Source of the DNA: Selaginella moellendorffii
Taxonomy: Eukaryota > Plantae > Lycopodiophyta
NCBI RefSeq assembly: GCF_000143415.4
Contig: NW_003314267.1
Location: 124,001 to 188,000 of the forward strand
Reading direction: 5' to 3'
DNA: 64,000 bases
In this document: positions 37,511 to 49,995 of the stretch, in pieces
Position numbering within the stretch: the first letter of the stretch is position 1
How the letters are laid out: each line of letters starts with the position of its first letter
Notes under the pieces: model-generated
Told to the model about the DNA's origin: nothing
The model's database searches: none
What the model saw: the letters and a program-made list of their open reading frames with translations, nothing else
Translations under genes and position numbers: made by a program

Positions 37511-38653
37511 TGTAAGCCACAAATTTTTCCTTTCCAATTTGCCAGCTTACCTCGTCTATCCGACCAACTCTGCCTTGGCTTGTGCTAAGTTCCCTCGCCA
37601 AGGTTCTTGCCTATGGTACCAGCTCCTACTTGGTCCTACTTGGTTTCAGCTACTCACTGCACGAGCAACGGAGTGTTAGCCATCCATCTACGGATTCCCA
37701 AATCTCTCCCAATCCCCCTCCCCGGGTTAGACTGGACTTAAGGTTCGGCTACACTCCCCGCAGGCACAAGCAGCCAAGCACACCAAGCCTCCAGATTCCT
37801 AACACCCCTTGGTACCACAAGACTTGATCATGGGACCCTTTAAATCCCAAGCCTTGGGTGCAGCACTTGCTTCGGGACGTCGGGGCGAAACACCGTGGCC
37901 TAACGGCCCGGTATGGGTACCTTTACCCCCCCTTTTCCATCCCGAAGGGAAGGCCCAAGCCCCCGGAAGGGCGAGGACCAATGAGCCACTAGGTACTCAA
38001 GTGGGGCACCACTCCACCTAAGCCGGGAGCACTGCAGTCGGTTTCCCTTTCGGGAGTGGGAGCTGCTCTTGAGCACTTCCTTGGATGGCCCCTTGGGCAC
38101 CAGCCAAGTCCATGCTCACTCCCACCCAAGGCCCCTCGGTCCCAGTCTCAACCTCAAGTCGGTTTGGAAGCCCAACTAAAGAGTCCCTTCAAAACTGATT
38201 CCTGGACCTCACTATCCCTACTATACTTTTGGAACCCCCTGCAGCCCCCCCCCCCCCCTGGGAGACGCACGCTTTGGGCTTTCACCCCTTGACCCGTATT
38301 AGTATTTGGACTTAGTCTCTGGCTCGATCTCGGACCCAATTTCGGATCCGACTTCGGATTTGGTCTCGGACTCGATCTCGGACTCGATCTCGGACCCAAT
38401 CTCGGACCCGACCTCGGACTCGACCTCGGACTCGGTCTCGGACCCGATTTCGGATCTCGGACTCCGTCTCGGACTCGAACTCGGTCCCCGAGTCGGTCTC
38501 GGACTCGATTCCGGACTCTATCTCGAACTCGGTCCTAGAGTCGGTCTTGGACTCGATCCTCGACTTGGTCCCATCCGATGAACTCTTTGTCATTTTGGTC
38601 AAGCTTTTGGGGATCCTTTAGCCTACGACATCTCGGGGAGTCGGTTCCTTACA
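37511..38653 (-). mobile_element. Solo LTR U, distantly related to the W family, TSD TGTAT
   Basis: Termini TGTAAG..CTTACA with exact TSD at 37506-37510 / 38654-38658. Carries the GGGAGACG.ACGCTTTGGGCTTTCACCC motif and a CTCGGA-type array. Strand inferred from W. Confidence 0.88.
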
Positions 38654-40395
38654 TGTATGTGTATAGCTGTTGCCATAAAAAATGAAAAAAGGCTCTACCG
38701 CACAACACAAATGTAAATGGCAACATATGGCAATAGGTTGTGCAATAAAAGATAAATTGGAATTTATATCAACCAACACAGAGAAAATAAAATGAGACCT
38801 TTTATTATAAAAACAAGTTTGAAAAGTAAACACTAGATGAACTGGTGCCAAGTGAACCCTATGATGATACTCCCAAGAGAAAAATGGAAGGGTTACTGAC
38901 TTATTCACGCAAAGTCCCTCCATTACTCATATAACTCCTTATTTTTCAAATGCATCTTGGTGTCCAGACCTTCTACTATAATAGCATTAATAAAATGTTG
39001 TTGACGCCAAGGTCTCCACCCAGGAAATGGAGGCTGCCAATATGGAAAATGCCAACAACACTTATAAATATGACTAACTTCATCACACACTTAGCAACGA
39101 ACATTATGGCCACAACCACATCCTTGCCTTTGTCCTTAAACTCGAGGAATAGCAGCACCAACCTCTATTGGAACAGAACCATTTCCCATAGGAAGTGGAG
39201 CTGAAGGATATACATCAAAAAGTGGAAGAGGTGACGTCTTATGACGTTGTGCCAGTGAAGGGCATTGTCAAGGGTGGCTTGAGCAAGTGCATGACAAATC
39301 CTACAAGATCTTAACAAAGTGTTAATCACAACATTCCTAGCTTGATTCGCTCTGATATATTTGGCTTTACACGAAGTAAAAGGCTTCGGAAATAAATGCC
39401 AAATTGCATCACCTACTTAAATGGCATTTAATGAAGATGATGCAATTGTTGGAAAGTATTATCACAATTGTCAACATGTCCAAATGCATATTTGAAGATG
39501 TCCAGGAAAATACTTCAATCTTCATGAGTGGCTATGCTCAAAATATTATACCACTACAGCACCGTCCCTTGGAGACATGTAAGAAATTCACATAAATGCC
39601 ATGATATGTGGCAATCACCATGAAGTGATTAAACTAATGGTACACATCATCCCTAAGATTCCCATGAAAGAGCTCTGGCCGAACACAAGGATTAGCACCA
39701 AGTGTAGAAGAAGTTATACCATGTGTCGTGAATACTACTATCAACTTCATTTAATTATTTAATTGCAATTGCATAACATCGAGTAATTGCACCAATTGTT
39801 ATTCCAAAGTCAAATGAGGAGAATATTGTTGCTTTGCCATGAACATGACTAAAAGGAGAAGAGCAAAAAAAAAGAAATGAAAAAAAACTAGAAGGAAAGG
39901 GAGACAATGGAAAAAGCTAAATCTAAATCAAAATTCTAAACGGAAAAAATAAAAGAAAAAAATTGGAAAAAACTAGATCTAAACAATGTAAAAGTTATAT
40001 TTAAATCAAAATTTCAAATCCAACCACTCCTTAGGGACAATCAAAAGTGGTCCTCACCTTCACTAATGTAAATGCATGGAATATAGAAATGAATGTAGAA
40101 AATATACATATCAATTAACCTAAAAACTTTAATTTATATACAAAAGTAATTGATTTATATTGAAACTAATCTGACAACTACCAAATCCCACTACATTAAT
40201 ATTAATATACACCATACACTTGGACGTCATTGAGCTATTTAAAAATGCTATGAAATTAATGAAAAAAAAAAAACTTTTACATAAGCACAAAATAGTTGTG
40301 TTGTATTACTAAAATATCTTTAATAACTTTGTAAGAAAAATATGAGTATCGAAAACAAAGAGTGTACAAAGAGAAAACGCTGACCAAGTTTGGAG

Positions 40396-41477
40396 CTAAT
40401 CGGTTAAGATGCAGCGTGTTGGAGATCCGTCTGAGCCAACCAGCCGAAGAGGGAGGCAGTGTAGCGTGTACATTCCAGTGTCCACATTGTCAAGGTTGAG
40501 TCCTTCCACAAGGATCACTCCCTGTTCATTAGTTCACGACTTACTCGAAGATATCCAAAATAAGAAAATAACAGTCCATTGTTCCTGACCTTCCTTAGAA
40601 GAGCCTTGTGACTTCTCGCTAGAGCTTCATAAACTGCAGCGGACAAGTAATCCACTCCTAACGAAACTTGTTTTAAGGATCCTTGGAGCAAAACTTGGAA
40701 TGAAACATTACCAACTAGTTTGAGTTGAGTTTTCTCGGCTATATACTCGGCCCCTTCTCCTGTGATCGCCGTGTAGTCAGTCACAAACTCTGGATTCCAC
40801 ATGAGCCGCCTGTATGAAACAAGTTACCAATCGCCTGAAACTTGAGAGATTTTCACCTGTCCGTGTTTAAAGTTCTAAAGAGAACACGCTTTACACCTTG
40901 AGGAACTATGTCCTTGATCACACTCCCTGGTTTATACGTGAAAAGAATCAAACAAAGTAAAACATGGAACTTGAAAGTTGCAAAGCCAGACCTGATATAT
41001 TTGTTTCTCTGGGAGCTTCCACAACCAGCACTGGCCCTGGGAGAAAGAACAAAAAAAAAAAAAAAAAAACCATCAGCGAAAGCTAGAAGCTCGATCGATC
41101 CACACTTAACCATTGAGAATGCCGAGATCCAAACCATTGCTCGTGTCCACCCCAGCAAGGAAGGCATCCTCCAAGAAGTGGCTGGGCGAATCGACGTGCG
41201 TCCCCGTGTGCACGCCCATCTTCTTAAGCTCGGAAGCATTGGCGATGGATCCATTGGCAATGCTCTCCACCTGATGGACGAGCTTCCCCAGGCCCCTGTG
41301 GAAGGAATCCCAAACCGGCAGCCCTTCCCTCAATGAATGCGTAATATCGATGATCCTCGCGTTCCTCGCGCCACTGCCGCTGGTGCTCATCGCCCAGCCG
41401 CACCATTGCTCGCTCTGGGCGATCGATTCGGCCCCAAGAACAAGAACAAGGGTTAGAACGATCGCGCAAAGCTCCAT
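40396..41477 (-). CDS. Cyclase-family / kynurenine formamidase-like metal hydrolase, with signal peptide, multi-exon
   Basis: [18 protein letters not shown] (HXGTHXDXPXH), LNG|[23 protein letters not shown]...[22 protein letters not shown]. Confidence 0.92.
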
Positions 41478-41619
41478 CGCGAACTAGAACTGTAGGAGGG
41501 AAATTAGTTTAAGGCACACAAAGCTCCACGTAGACACTGCTCGTCGCGAGATTCGATCAGACGACGTCAATAAACAGCAAAATTAGGGTTCTTGCACAAT
41601 TAGGGCTTTTTTCACTCTC
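41478..41619. promoter_or_regulatory. Putative 142-bp bidirectional promoter (cyclase / SDH5) with telo-box-like TTAGGGTT and ACGT cores
   Basis: Divergent ATGs at 41477 and 41620; ttagggtt at 41583, ccacgtag at 41526 and gacgtca at 41563. Confidence 0.55.
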
Positions 41620-42422
41620 ATGGCATCGTCACTTAGCGCATTGCGTCACTGGCGCGCGTTTGCTTCTCCCAGCTCCCGGATCTTCGATCGCCAAGGATCA
41701 TCAGGTACTAGAGTTTTCTGGAATTCCAATGGCGCCCCGAAATTTATGTTGGAAATGCCGCAGTAGCTGCGAGTAATCTGTGGAGGCGCGGCTTTGCCAC
41801 GGCGGGGACGATCCCAGAGTGCTCGGATCCGGCCATAAAAAAGGCATTGAAGCAGCTCTACGCGATCAACTGGTACGATATCGATGAGAAGACGGCCAAC
41901 ATTGTCGAGGAGACTTTGAGCACCGGCGAGGGTACCGCCGATCACACCATTCTCAAAGATACGTGGTCGTCCGCCCGTGCGGTGGAGACGTTTTATGGCA
42001 CTCTGGACGCGCTGAGGAAGTCCATCGACGATTTAATGGGATTGTCTGGAGAGGTACGTTTCATTGTTTCTGGGGGGGAGTTCTTGGGCATGACTTTGGT
42101 TTTTGGTACTCTGTGAAGAACACTGGACCTCTTCCTGACCAACACCAGCGTGCTTTGGAAGCGGTACACTCCAAGTACGTGAAGTACCTGTCGTCCTTTG
42201 GAGAACACGAGCATTCCTTGAAGAAGAAAGTGGAGCTGGAGCTGGGAAGTACGCTCGTCCTCCTCAAACAAAGAGTCTCCGGGCTTCCACCGAAGTGGGG
42301 AGATGTAAGTTCGTGTTTTCTTCATTGGTTTCTTACGTTTAGATATGGAACTTTGTGTTTCGCAGGTTGGCTTGCTTGGTACTTCAGGACTTAGTGGCTC
42401 GTATATCGAACAGAGGGAATGA
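41620..42422 (+). CDS. SDH5: Plant-specific succinate dehydrogenase subunit 5, mitochondrial (4 exons)
   Basis: DPAIKKALKQLYAINW...ARAVETFYGTL...IDDLMGLSGE|NTGPLP...YLSSFGEHEHSLKKKVELELG...RVSGL..KWGD|VGLLGTSGLSGSYIEQRE* matches the recalled SDH5 C-terminus GTSGLSGSYVEQRA. Confidence 0.88.
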
Positions 42423-43860
42423 CTTCTTCCGGTTAACAAGCAATAAAAAAGTCCGAGTGAGCGTATTCTCTTTCCATCTCTTGACAGATTTGAGTTCTCT
42501 GGATCTTCCAGCACACAGGATTCATGGTGTCATCCATTCGTTGCAACTCCCACGCAACTAACCAGACAAAAATACGTGTGCTCCAGACAGGATTTCTACA
42601 CACTTTCATGGTGGTTCTCCAGAGGGACCACGGCTTTTTCGTCGGGCTACAAAAGCAAACTTTCTGCGAGGTAAGACTCCGTCCTAGTTTGTTTTGTGTC
42701 ACGCTATTCGCACTGCGTTACAGGAAGGACGATCGACCCAACAGCATTGCTCGAGCGCTAGCGACGCGAATTTAAGCAGCGAGAGAAAAAAGTTTCATCT
42801 CTATCACTGCTCGAGAGATTCCTGGCTTCACCACCGCCCTCTACGTCCTTTAACCTTTTTTTTTCGTCTAAAGGTTTTAAGACTCGAGGTCTCGTTTTCA
42901 CTGTGAGGCACCCTCGACCACCATAGCCTGGGATGTCGACTCGTCCATACGCTGACGTGGCGGGAACGGTAAAAAGTGAAGCTTTGGTAAAAACGAGGGG
43001 AACTCACACGCTATACGTATAGCAACGGATATAAATCTGTGTGTCAGTACCTTATGGTTGGGTGGATTGTGTGTGCTTGGGAAAATTTTGGAAACCATTC
43101 CAAAGTTTGCTATAAATCGTATTGATGTTGATGTTGGAAAATAAAAAATTCGTCGCGTAGGCATTGTAAAGAGCTTTGCTCTTTCATGTGTTGTGATGTT
43201 CTATACGCCGGGAAAGAGATGTCCAGTTCCAGTCGCTACAGGGCTCATACGCGTGATATACGCTTGGTAATACATCCCATGCCAGCCAATCTCCCCAGAT
43301 GTTAAAGAAACGTTATATTGATAGGAAAATGGTCATGCATTAAATCACACAACATAGTTCATTTACATTTCACTGGCATTGATAAACGGTCTTGGATCGC
43401 CTCCGTCCGAGCTCCAGGCCATCGTGGCCGTCACCGCCGGCTGCCATCCTGTCCGTGCGATCGCACGGTGGAGGGTCCGCCACGTAGTCACGGCCCGGCC
43501 TCCTAGAATGACGTGAAGAACGCCCTCAAGGCGAAAGAGAGAGAAGAAATATTTCAAGAAAGTGTGGAATGGAGGAAGGATGAAGCTTCAATCCATTCGC
43601 GAGGGGTTTTGCGTCGATCGAGACGCCAGCGGCGCGCGCCATCGCCATGAGGAGGCGCGGTGGAATCTGCATGTCGATCGCCGGCACGGAGATTTCCTCC
43701 AGGTATGGACGCGATTCCTTGCTCGAAAATGTGACATTCTATGATCCTGACCAGCTCCTGCGCTGTTCTTGCCGATCGATCGGCAGTTCTTGCCAGCCGG
43801 CATTGGTGATCGGGCGTGGATTTCGATTCTAGCAGCGGTTGGGCACGGGATTATGCGGTG

Positions 43861-46800
43861 ATGCGGGGCTCCAGGGCTCTTCCCGGTGATTCTTTGATCG
43901 ACTGGCTCAATGGCGTCGCTCCAGCATTCTTTTTGCTCCTGGCGGCGGCGCCTCTCTTTCTTGGAATCGATATCGTGGCGGCACAGAGTAGCGATGGGGG
44001 CCTTGACAGCGATCTTTCGGCATTGCTGGATTTCAAGGCGGGTTTGATTGATCCAGGTGACAGGCTCAGCAGCTGGAATCCATCGAATGCCGGCGCTCCA
44101 TGTCGATGGCGAGGGGTGAGTTGCTTCGCCGGGAGAGTCTGGGAGCTCCATCTTCCACGCATGTATCTCCAAGGATCGATCGCTGGTATGTGGTCTCTTA
44201 CTCTGTTTTCCCAAATTCTTTTGAGTGATGAGTGCTTCCACTTTTTGCCTATGCACAGACTTGGGGAGGCTGGGATCCTTGGATACGTTGAGCCTTCATT
44301 CCAACGCCTTTAATGGGTCTATTCCAGATTCTCTATCCGCTGCTTCCAATCTCCGGGTCATTTATCTCCACAACAATGCCTTTGATGGCCAAATCCCAGC
44401 GAGTTTGGCTGCGCTGCAAAAACTCCAGGTTCTCAATCTCGCCAACAACAGGCTAACCGGAGGCATTCCTCGCGAACTCGGGAAGCTCACATCATTGAAG
44501 ACGCTCGATCTGTCCATCAACTTTCTTTCAGCTGGCATTCCGTCAGAGGTATCCAACTGTTCCAGGCTGTTGTATATCAACCTCTCCAAGAACAGGCTTA
44601 CAGGTTCCATACCACCATCTCTCGGGGAGCTTGGTCTGCTGCGCAAGGTTGCTCTGGGTGGAAACGAGCTGACAGGAATGATTCCATCCTCGCTGGGAAA
44701 CTGCTCTCAGCTAGTGAGTCTGGATCTGGAGCACAATTTGCTGTCTGGGGCTATACCAGATCCTCTGTACCAGCTTCGTTTGCTCGAGAGACTGTTCCTG
44801 AGTACCAACATGCTGATCGGAGGCATCTCGCCTGCACTTGGCAACTTTTCGGTATTATCCCAGCTGTTTTTGCAAGACAACGCGCTTGGGGGTCCTATTC
44901 CTGCGTCCGTCGGCGCGCTCAAACAGCTCCAGGTGCTGAACTTGTCTGGAAACGCTTTGACCGGTAACATTCCTCCTCAAATAGCAGGGTGTACTACCCT
45001 TCAGGTTCTGGATGTACGGGTTAATGCTCTCAACGGTGAAATTCCCACAGAACTGGGTTCGCTGAGTCAGCTGGCCAATCTTACGCTCTCTTTCAACAAT
45101 ATCAGTGGAAGTATTCCACCGGAGCTGTTAAACTGCCGAAAGCTGCAAATTCTTAGACTGCAAGGCAACAAACTTTCTGGAAAGTTACCGGACTCGTGGA
45201 ACTCTTTGACAGGGCTTCAGATACTAAATCTGAGAGGGAATAATCTTTCCGGTGAAATTCCAAGCTCTCTTCTCAACATTTTGTCGCTGAAGGTACTGGA
45301 AGTCATACTGACGCGAAGTATTCCATCTGACTTTTAATCTCGGTTTGCAGCGTCTGTCACTTTCTTACAACAGTCTCTCGGGAAATGTGCCACTCACCAT
45401 CGGCAGGCTGCAAGAGCTACAAAGTTTGTCACTCTCGCACAACTCTCTGGAAAAAAGTATACCGCCCGAAATCGGCAACTGCAGCAACTTGGCGGTCTTG
45501 GAAGCGAGTTATAACAGGCTTGACGGGCCCCTCCCACCTGAGATAGGATATCTTTCTAAGCTTCAAAGATTGCAACTGCGGGACAACAAGCTCTCAGGAG
45601 AGATACCAGAAACGTTAATCGGCTGCAAGAATTTGACGTATTTGCATATTGGAAACAACAGGCTATCGGGAACTATTCCGGTTCTACTCGGTGGTTTAGA
45701 ACAGATGCAGCAGATCCGTCTAGAAAACAACCATCTTACTGGCGGTATACCGGCAAGTTTCAGTGCTCTGGTAAATCTACAAGCGCTCGACGTCTCCGTC
45801 AACAGTCTTACAGGACCAGTTCCATCGTTCCTCGCCAACCTTGAAAATCTAAGGTCGCTGAACGTATCATACAACCATCTCCAGGGCGAGATTCCTCCAG
45901 CGTTAAGCAAGAAGTTTGGAGCCAGCTCCTTTCAAGGCAATGCACGTCTGTGTGGAAGACCTCTAGTGGTGCAGTGCTCGCGATCGACAAGAAAGAAACT
46001 CAGTGGGAAAGTTTTGATCGCGACAGTGCTGGGCGCCGTCGTGGTTGGCACGGTCTTGGTGGCAGGCGCTTGTTTCCTGCTTTACATACTGCTACTGAGA
46101 AAACACAGAGACAAGGACGAGAGAAAAGCAGACCCAGGAACAGGGACGCCTACCGGGAACCTTGTCATGTTCCACGACCCGATTCCCTACGCCAAAGTTG
46201 TCGAGGCGACGCGACAGTTCGACGAGGACAGCGTCCTGAGCAGGACGAGATTCGGCATTGTCTTCAAGGCCTGCCTGGAAGACGGCAGCGTCCTCTCGGT
46301 GAAGCGCCTCCCGGACGGCTCCATCGACGAACCGCAGTTCCGGGGCGAGGCGGAGCGGCTGGGGAGCCTCAAGCACAAGAACCTGCTCGTTCTTCGCGGC
46401 TACTACTACAGCGCGGACGTGAAGCTGCTCATCTACGACTACATGCCCAACGGGAACCTGGCGGTGCTGCTGCAGCAGGCCAGCAGCCAGGACGGGAGCA
46501 TTCTCGACTGGCGGATGCGGCACCTGATCGCTCTCAACATCGCACGCGGCCTCCAGTTCCTCCACCACGCGTGCGACCCGCCGGTGGTGCACGGCGACGT
46601 CCGGCCTCACAACGTCCAGTTCGACGCCGACTTCGAGCCCCACATATCCGACTTTGGCGTCGAGAGGCTGGCGGTGACGCCCCCGGCGGACCCTTCAACG
46701 TCCTCGTCCTCCACTCCGGCCGGGGGATCGCTGGGCTACGTCTCGCCCGAGGCTGGCGCGACGGGGGTGGCCAGCAAAGAGTCGGACGTTTACGGGTTTG

Positions 46801-47141
46801 GGATCCTGCTGCTGGAGCTCCTGACGGGGCGGAAGCCCGCGACGTTCTCGGCCGAGGAGGACATCGTCAAGTGGGTCAAGCGGCAGCTGCAAGGGAGGCA
46901 GGCGGCGGAGATGTTTGATCCGGGACTGCTGGAGCTCTTCGACCAGGAGTCGTCCGAGTGGGAGGAGTTTTTACTGGCGGTGAAGGTAGCGCTGCTGTGC
47001 ACGGCGCCGGATCCCAGCGACCGGCCCTCCATGACCGAGGTGGTGTTCATGCTCGAGGGATGCCGGGGCGGCGGCGGCGGCGGCGGCGGCGGCGCGGAGG
47101 TGGCGTCGTCGGACCTCACCTCGCCATTGTCAGCTGTTTAG
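43861..47141 (+). CDS. LRR receptor-like kinase, MUSTACHES/MUL-like (LRR-VII), 3 exons
   Basis: LRRNT (ALLDFK...W...PCRWRGVSC), 24-aa plant LRRs, a TM helix, and kinase EATRQFDEDSVLSRTRFGIVFKA...DGSVLSVKRLPDG...HGDVRPHNVQFDADFEPHISDFG. Introns near 44185-44258 and 45292-45350; start codon uncertain. Confidence 0.9.
47066..47094 (+). repeat. (GGC)n encoding poly-Gly in the RLK tail
   Basis: ggcggcggc... run translated as CRGGGGGGGGGAEV. Confidence 0.9.
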
Positions 47142-47579
47142 AGAGACTGGTAAGAAGCTCTCGCGATCCATTTGGAAGATGACAAATCTTTCGCTTTGCA
47201 GTGACAAGTGTGGAGATCAACATTTTTTTCTTATGATCTTCATGATCAAAAGGTAGTATACTGTTTTAAATGTGATGCTTACCCACAAAGCTTTCGTTGT
47301 AGTTCGGGGGCTTCGATTACGAGACGATTGTTTGATCACCTGGTGGGAGGATTTCCCATATCCTTTTTATGCAAATAGCTATACAAAGGCACGGAGTGTG
47401 CTCTTCTCTCCTTCCCTGTAAGAACTGGTTAGAATGGCGAAAACTTCCACGAAAGTTTTACCTGTTTAGATGGCCAACGATCGAAATTCATTGGAAAAAC
47501 GTTTTGCTGCTGCTGGGTGTTGATTGACGACTCTGGATATAAAAAGGTAGAAACGATCAAAAACGGAGGAAAGAATGTG

Positions 47580-49567
47580 TCATAGGTTCTCGCGTAGCCA
47601 TCTCAAAGCACCCTGGGCAGCGGACCTGCGGAGAGAAATAAGCCGAGCTTTTTCTTTGCTTTGTTCTCGTTCTTTGCTTACCCAATGGCGCTCGTCACCT
47701 TGCCCAAAACTCCACCATCTTCTTCTTCGTCTTGTTGGCCTTGGCTTTGGCTCTGTGCATTCTCTCCGTTCACACCTGCACAGGTTTCCAAGCTTCTAAG
47801 CCACCGCAAAATAGCTGCTCGGTGTGACTTACGCGCTTTTCCTTTGATTGGACTTCGAGATTTTTGCTGCTTTTGCAGATTTGCCAACTCCTCGATCAGG
47901 CTCTTCTCCGATTCACTGCAATGAAAGAGCAACCAACATAAGAAACCATATAGCCAATATCGACAAACGATTCAGTCACCTTAACCGCTTTGGAATCACT
48001 ATTTTGATTGTAAAGAAGTGATCCCCCCGCGCAGAAGGCCTGCTCAGGCGAGGAACTCCCATCTTTGAAAGCACGAGAACGTCACCTGGTTGTGTTCCAG
48101 GAGGTATTTGCAAGTCCATGGTCCCGCCTACAGTTTGTACCTATAAGCCCATCTTTTGACATCGATCCGACTGATATCATCACGACACTACCTTGATAGC
48201 AGTTCCCAAAATTGCGTCCGTGTAGTTAATCGAAACGGTCGAGTACAAATTCACCCCATCTCTCTGAATGCCAGGAACTTCCTTGACACTTAGATACAAA
48301 TAGAGATCTCCCGGTGGTCCACTGCAAAACCGAAAACAAATTAGAAAAAAACGCGTCTGATAGGCAACAACATACCCTCTCAGTCCAGCATCGCCTTCTC
48401 CGCGAACTCTCAAAGTGCTGCCATTGTCCACACCAGCCGGTATAGTCACCTTCAAACTTTTTTTCAATCGTACTCGTCCCTCGCCACCGCATTTGCGGCA
48501 GTAATCTGCAATAACTTCCCCCTCTCCTCCGCAGGACGTGCACGTAGACACCTGAAAGATGGCTGTGTAAAAATCCCGAAGGACGTATAGAAACGCATAC
48601 TCGAACCTGAGAAAACATGCCGAAAGGAGTTTCTTGAGTACGCATTACTTGGCCTCTCCCTCCGCAAGTAGGACAGACCCTTCGACTTGTGCTCGAGACG
48701 GCACCAGAGCCGCCACAAGCTCGACAGGATTCCAAGTGTGACGCCTCAAACTCCTTCTCTGCGCCGAAAATGGCCTCGGAGAACTCCAAAGTCATGTCGT
48801 AACTAGAAAACCAGACGAGGTCAATCAACTTACGAGACTCCTCACAAGCTTACCGAACGTCCTCACCCTGCACGGCAGTGCTTCTCCGCCTTGTTCCAGT
48901 TCCCATGCCTCCAAAGTTTCCCATGCCACCCATTCCAGCTCCAAAAAACGACTCCAGCAAGTCGAATGGATTGCTCTGTTAACAAGAAAGAGATCAAACA
49001 AGAGAAAGGAGGGAGAGAAACAAATCCCATACCGCATAAGCGCCAGCAGTAGATCCCATTCCAGGAGAGCCCTTGACTCCAGCCTCCCCGAATTGATCAT
49101 ACAAGCGCCTTTTATCATCATCGGATAACACCTACGTGAAAAATTCTACCACTCTTACTTTTTTTCTTTTTCGGATGAGGATGAGACGCATTTACCTCGT
49201 AAGCCGAGCTGATCTCCTTGAATTTCTCTTCTGCGCCTTTCTCCTTGTTGATATCTGGATGGAACTGCGGCAGATCATTGCCTCCAATCACAAAAATGCG
49301 GGACAGAACGAGCTGGCCTACCTTGCGAGCCAGCTTCCTATACGCGCTCTTGATTTCCTGCTTGCTCGCCCCCCTTTGGATGCCAAGAACTCCGTAGTAA
49401 TCCCCCGCCGCACAGATCCGAAATCTCTTGCTCTGCCGCTGCTGCTGGAGACGAACTCTGCCACTCCACGTCGATTTGGCGCCGCAGAAGCTCACCGAGG
49501 CCGTCTTGTCCCATCGATGGAGCGGTGAATTGCAGGGCAGCGCTCCAGCCACCGGCGCCATGGCCAT
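47580..49567 (-). CDS. Plastid type-A DnaJ co-chaperone (DJA7-like), multi-exon
   Basis: Transit-peptide-like N-terminus, J domain (DYYGVLG...AYRKLARK|FHPD), G/F region, four CxxCxGxG motifs, C-terminal domain and tail [14 protein letters not shown]. Confidence 0.92.
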
Positions 49568-49995
49568 TCTCGAGCACAATCCTCACGACGCCATAGCTCA
49601 GCGTTGCAAAACCCTAGAAGGATATTCCATTACTGTTCAAGCGCATATGCTTTATTTGAACAGGTCCGGCGTTCGAATCCCCACAGCTGCCGGGAAAAAA
49701 TATCTGGAGCAGCCTGTGCCACGTGACGTCTTGTGAGTGGGCCATTGGCAAGGTAGATCCAACCGCAGGTTCTAACGGTCTGATGCGTCCAAGGGTATAG
49801 GGCTTAGGGTTTTAGGGTCTGCATTTTCTTCGTCCAGTTTCGTCTATGCCGCGAGCGCCAGCGGCGTCGTCGTCCTCGTCCTAGAACTGGTAAGCGCTTT
49901 TGCTAGATTCGCCCTGTTTCGCCGTTTGATCGAGTGCGCGGTGCTGCAGCGAGTGATCGCCGCCGCTGTGGTGTGTTTTCTCGCTCACGCGCGCA
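49568..49995. promoter_or_regulatory. Putative bidirectional promoter / 5' UTRs (DnaJ / PPR) with telo-boxes, G-box and site II
   Basis: aaaccctag at 49608, gccacgtgacgtc at 49718, tgggcc at 49738 and ttagggtttt at 49804. Confidence 0.55.

Larger units (their letters stand above)
16830..40229 (-). mobile_element. Degenerate minus-strand Ty3/Gypsy element hosting nested insertions: 5' LTR type B (40229-40068), gag/protease (~39800-37000), RT (~36960-36500), RNaseH (17763-17567), PPT, 3' LTR type A (17009-16830)
   Basis: RT FGLNNALATF*QIMDEVL...IDDILI; protease VLVDINSNLSFI; RNaseH PITYVSHTL..NYSMTEKECLAAAWGFKKL; PPT ggagaggagaatgg next to the LTR. Confidence 0.75.

Noticed and set aside
43588-43832. 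61-aa uORF and 222-aa antisense ORF at the RLK 5' end
   Set aside because: No recognisable conserved peptide, and the transcription start is unknown.
49590-49695. tRNA-like A-box (tagctcagcg) and B-box (gttcgaatccc) with a ctgttcaa..ttgaacag hairpin between them
   Set aside because: The T-stem and acceptor stem do not pair and no cloverleaf forms; it lies in the DnaJ leader/promoter.
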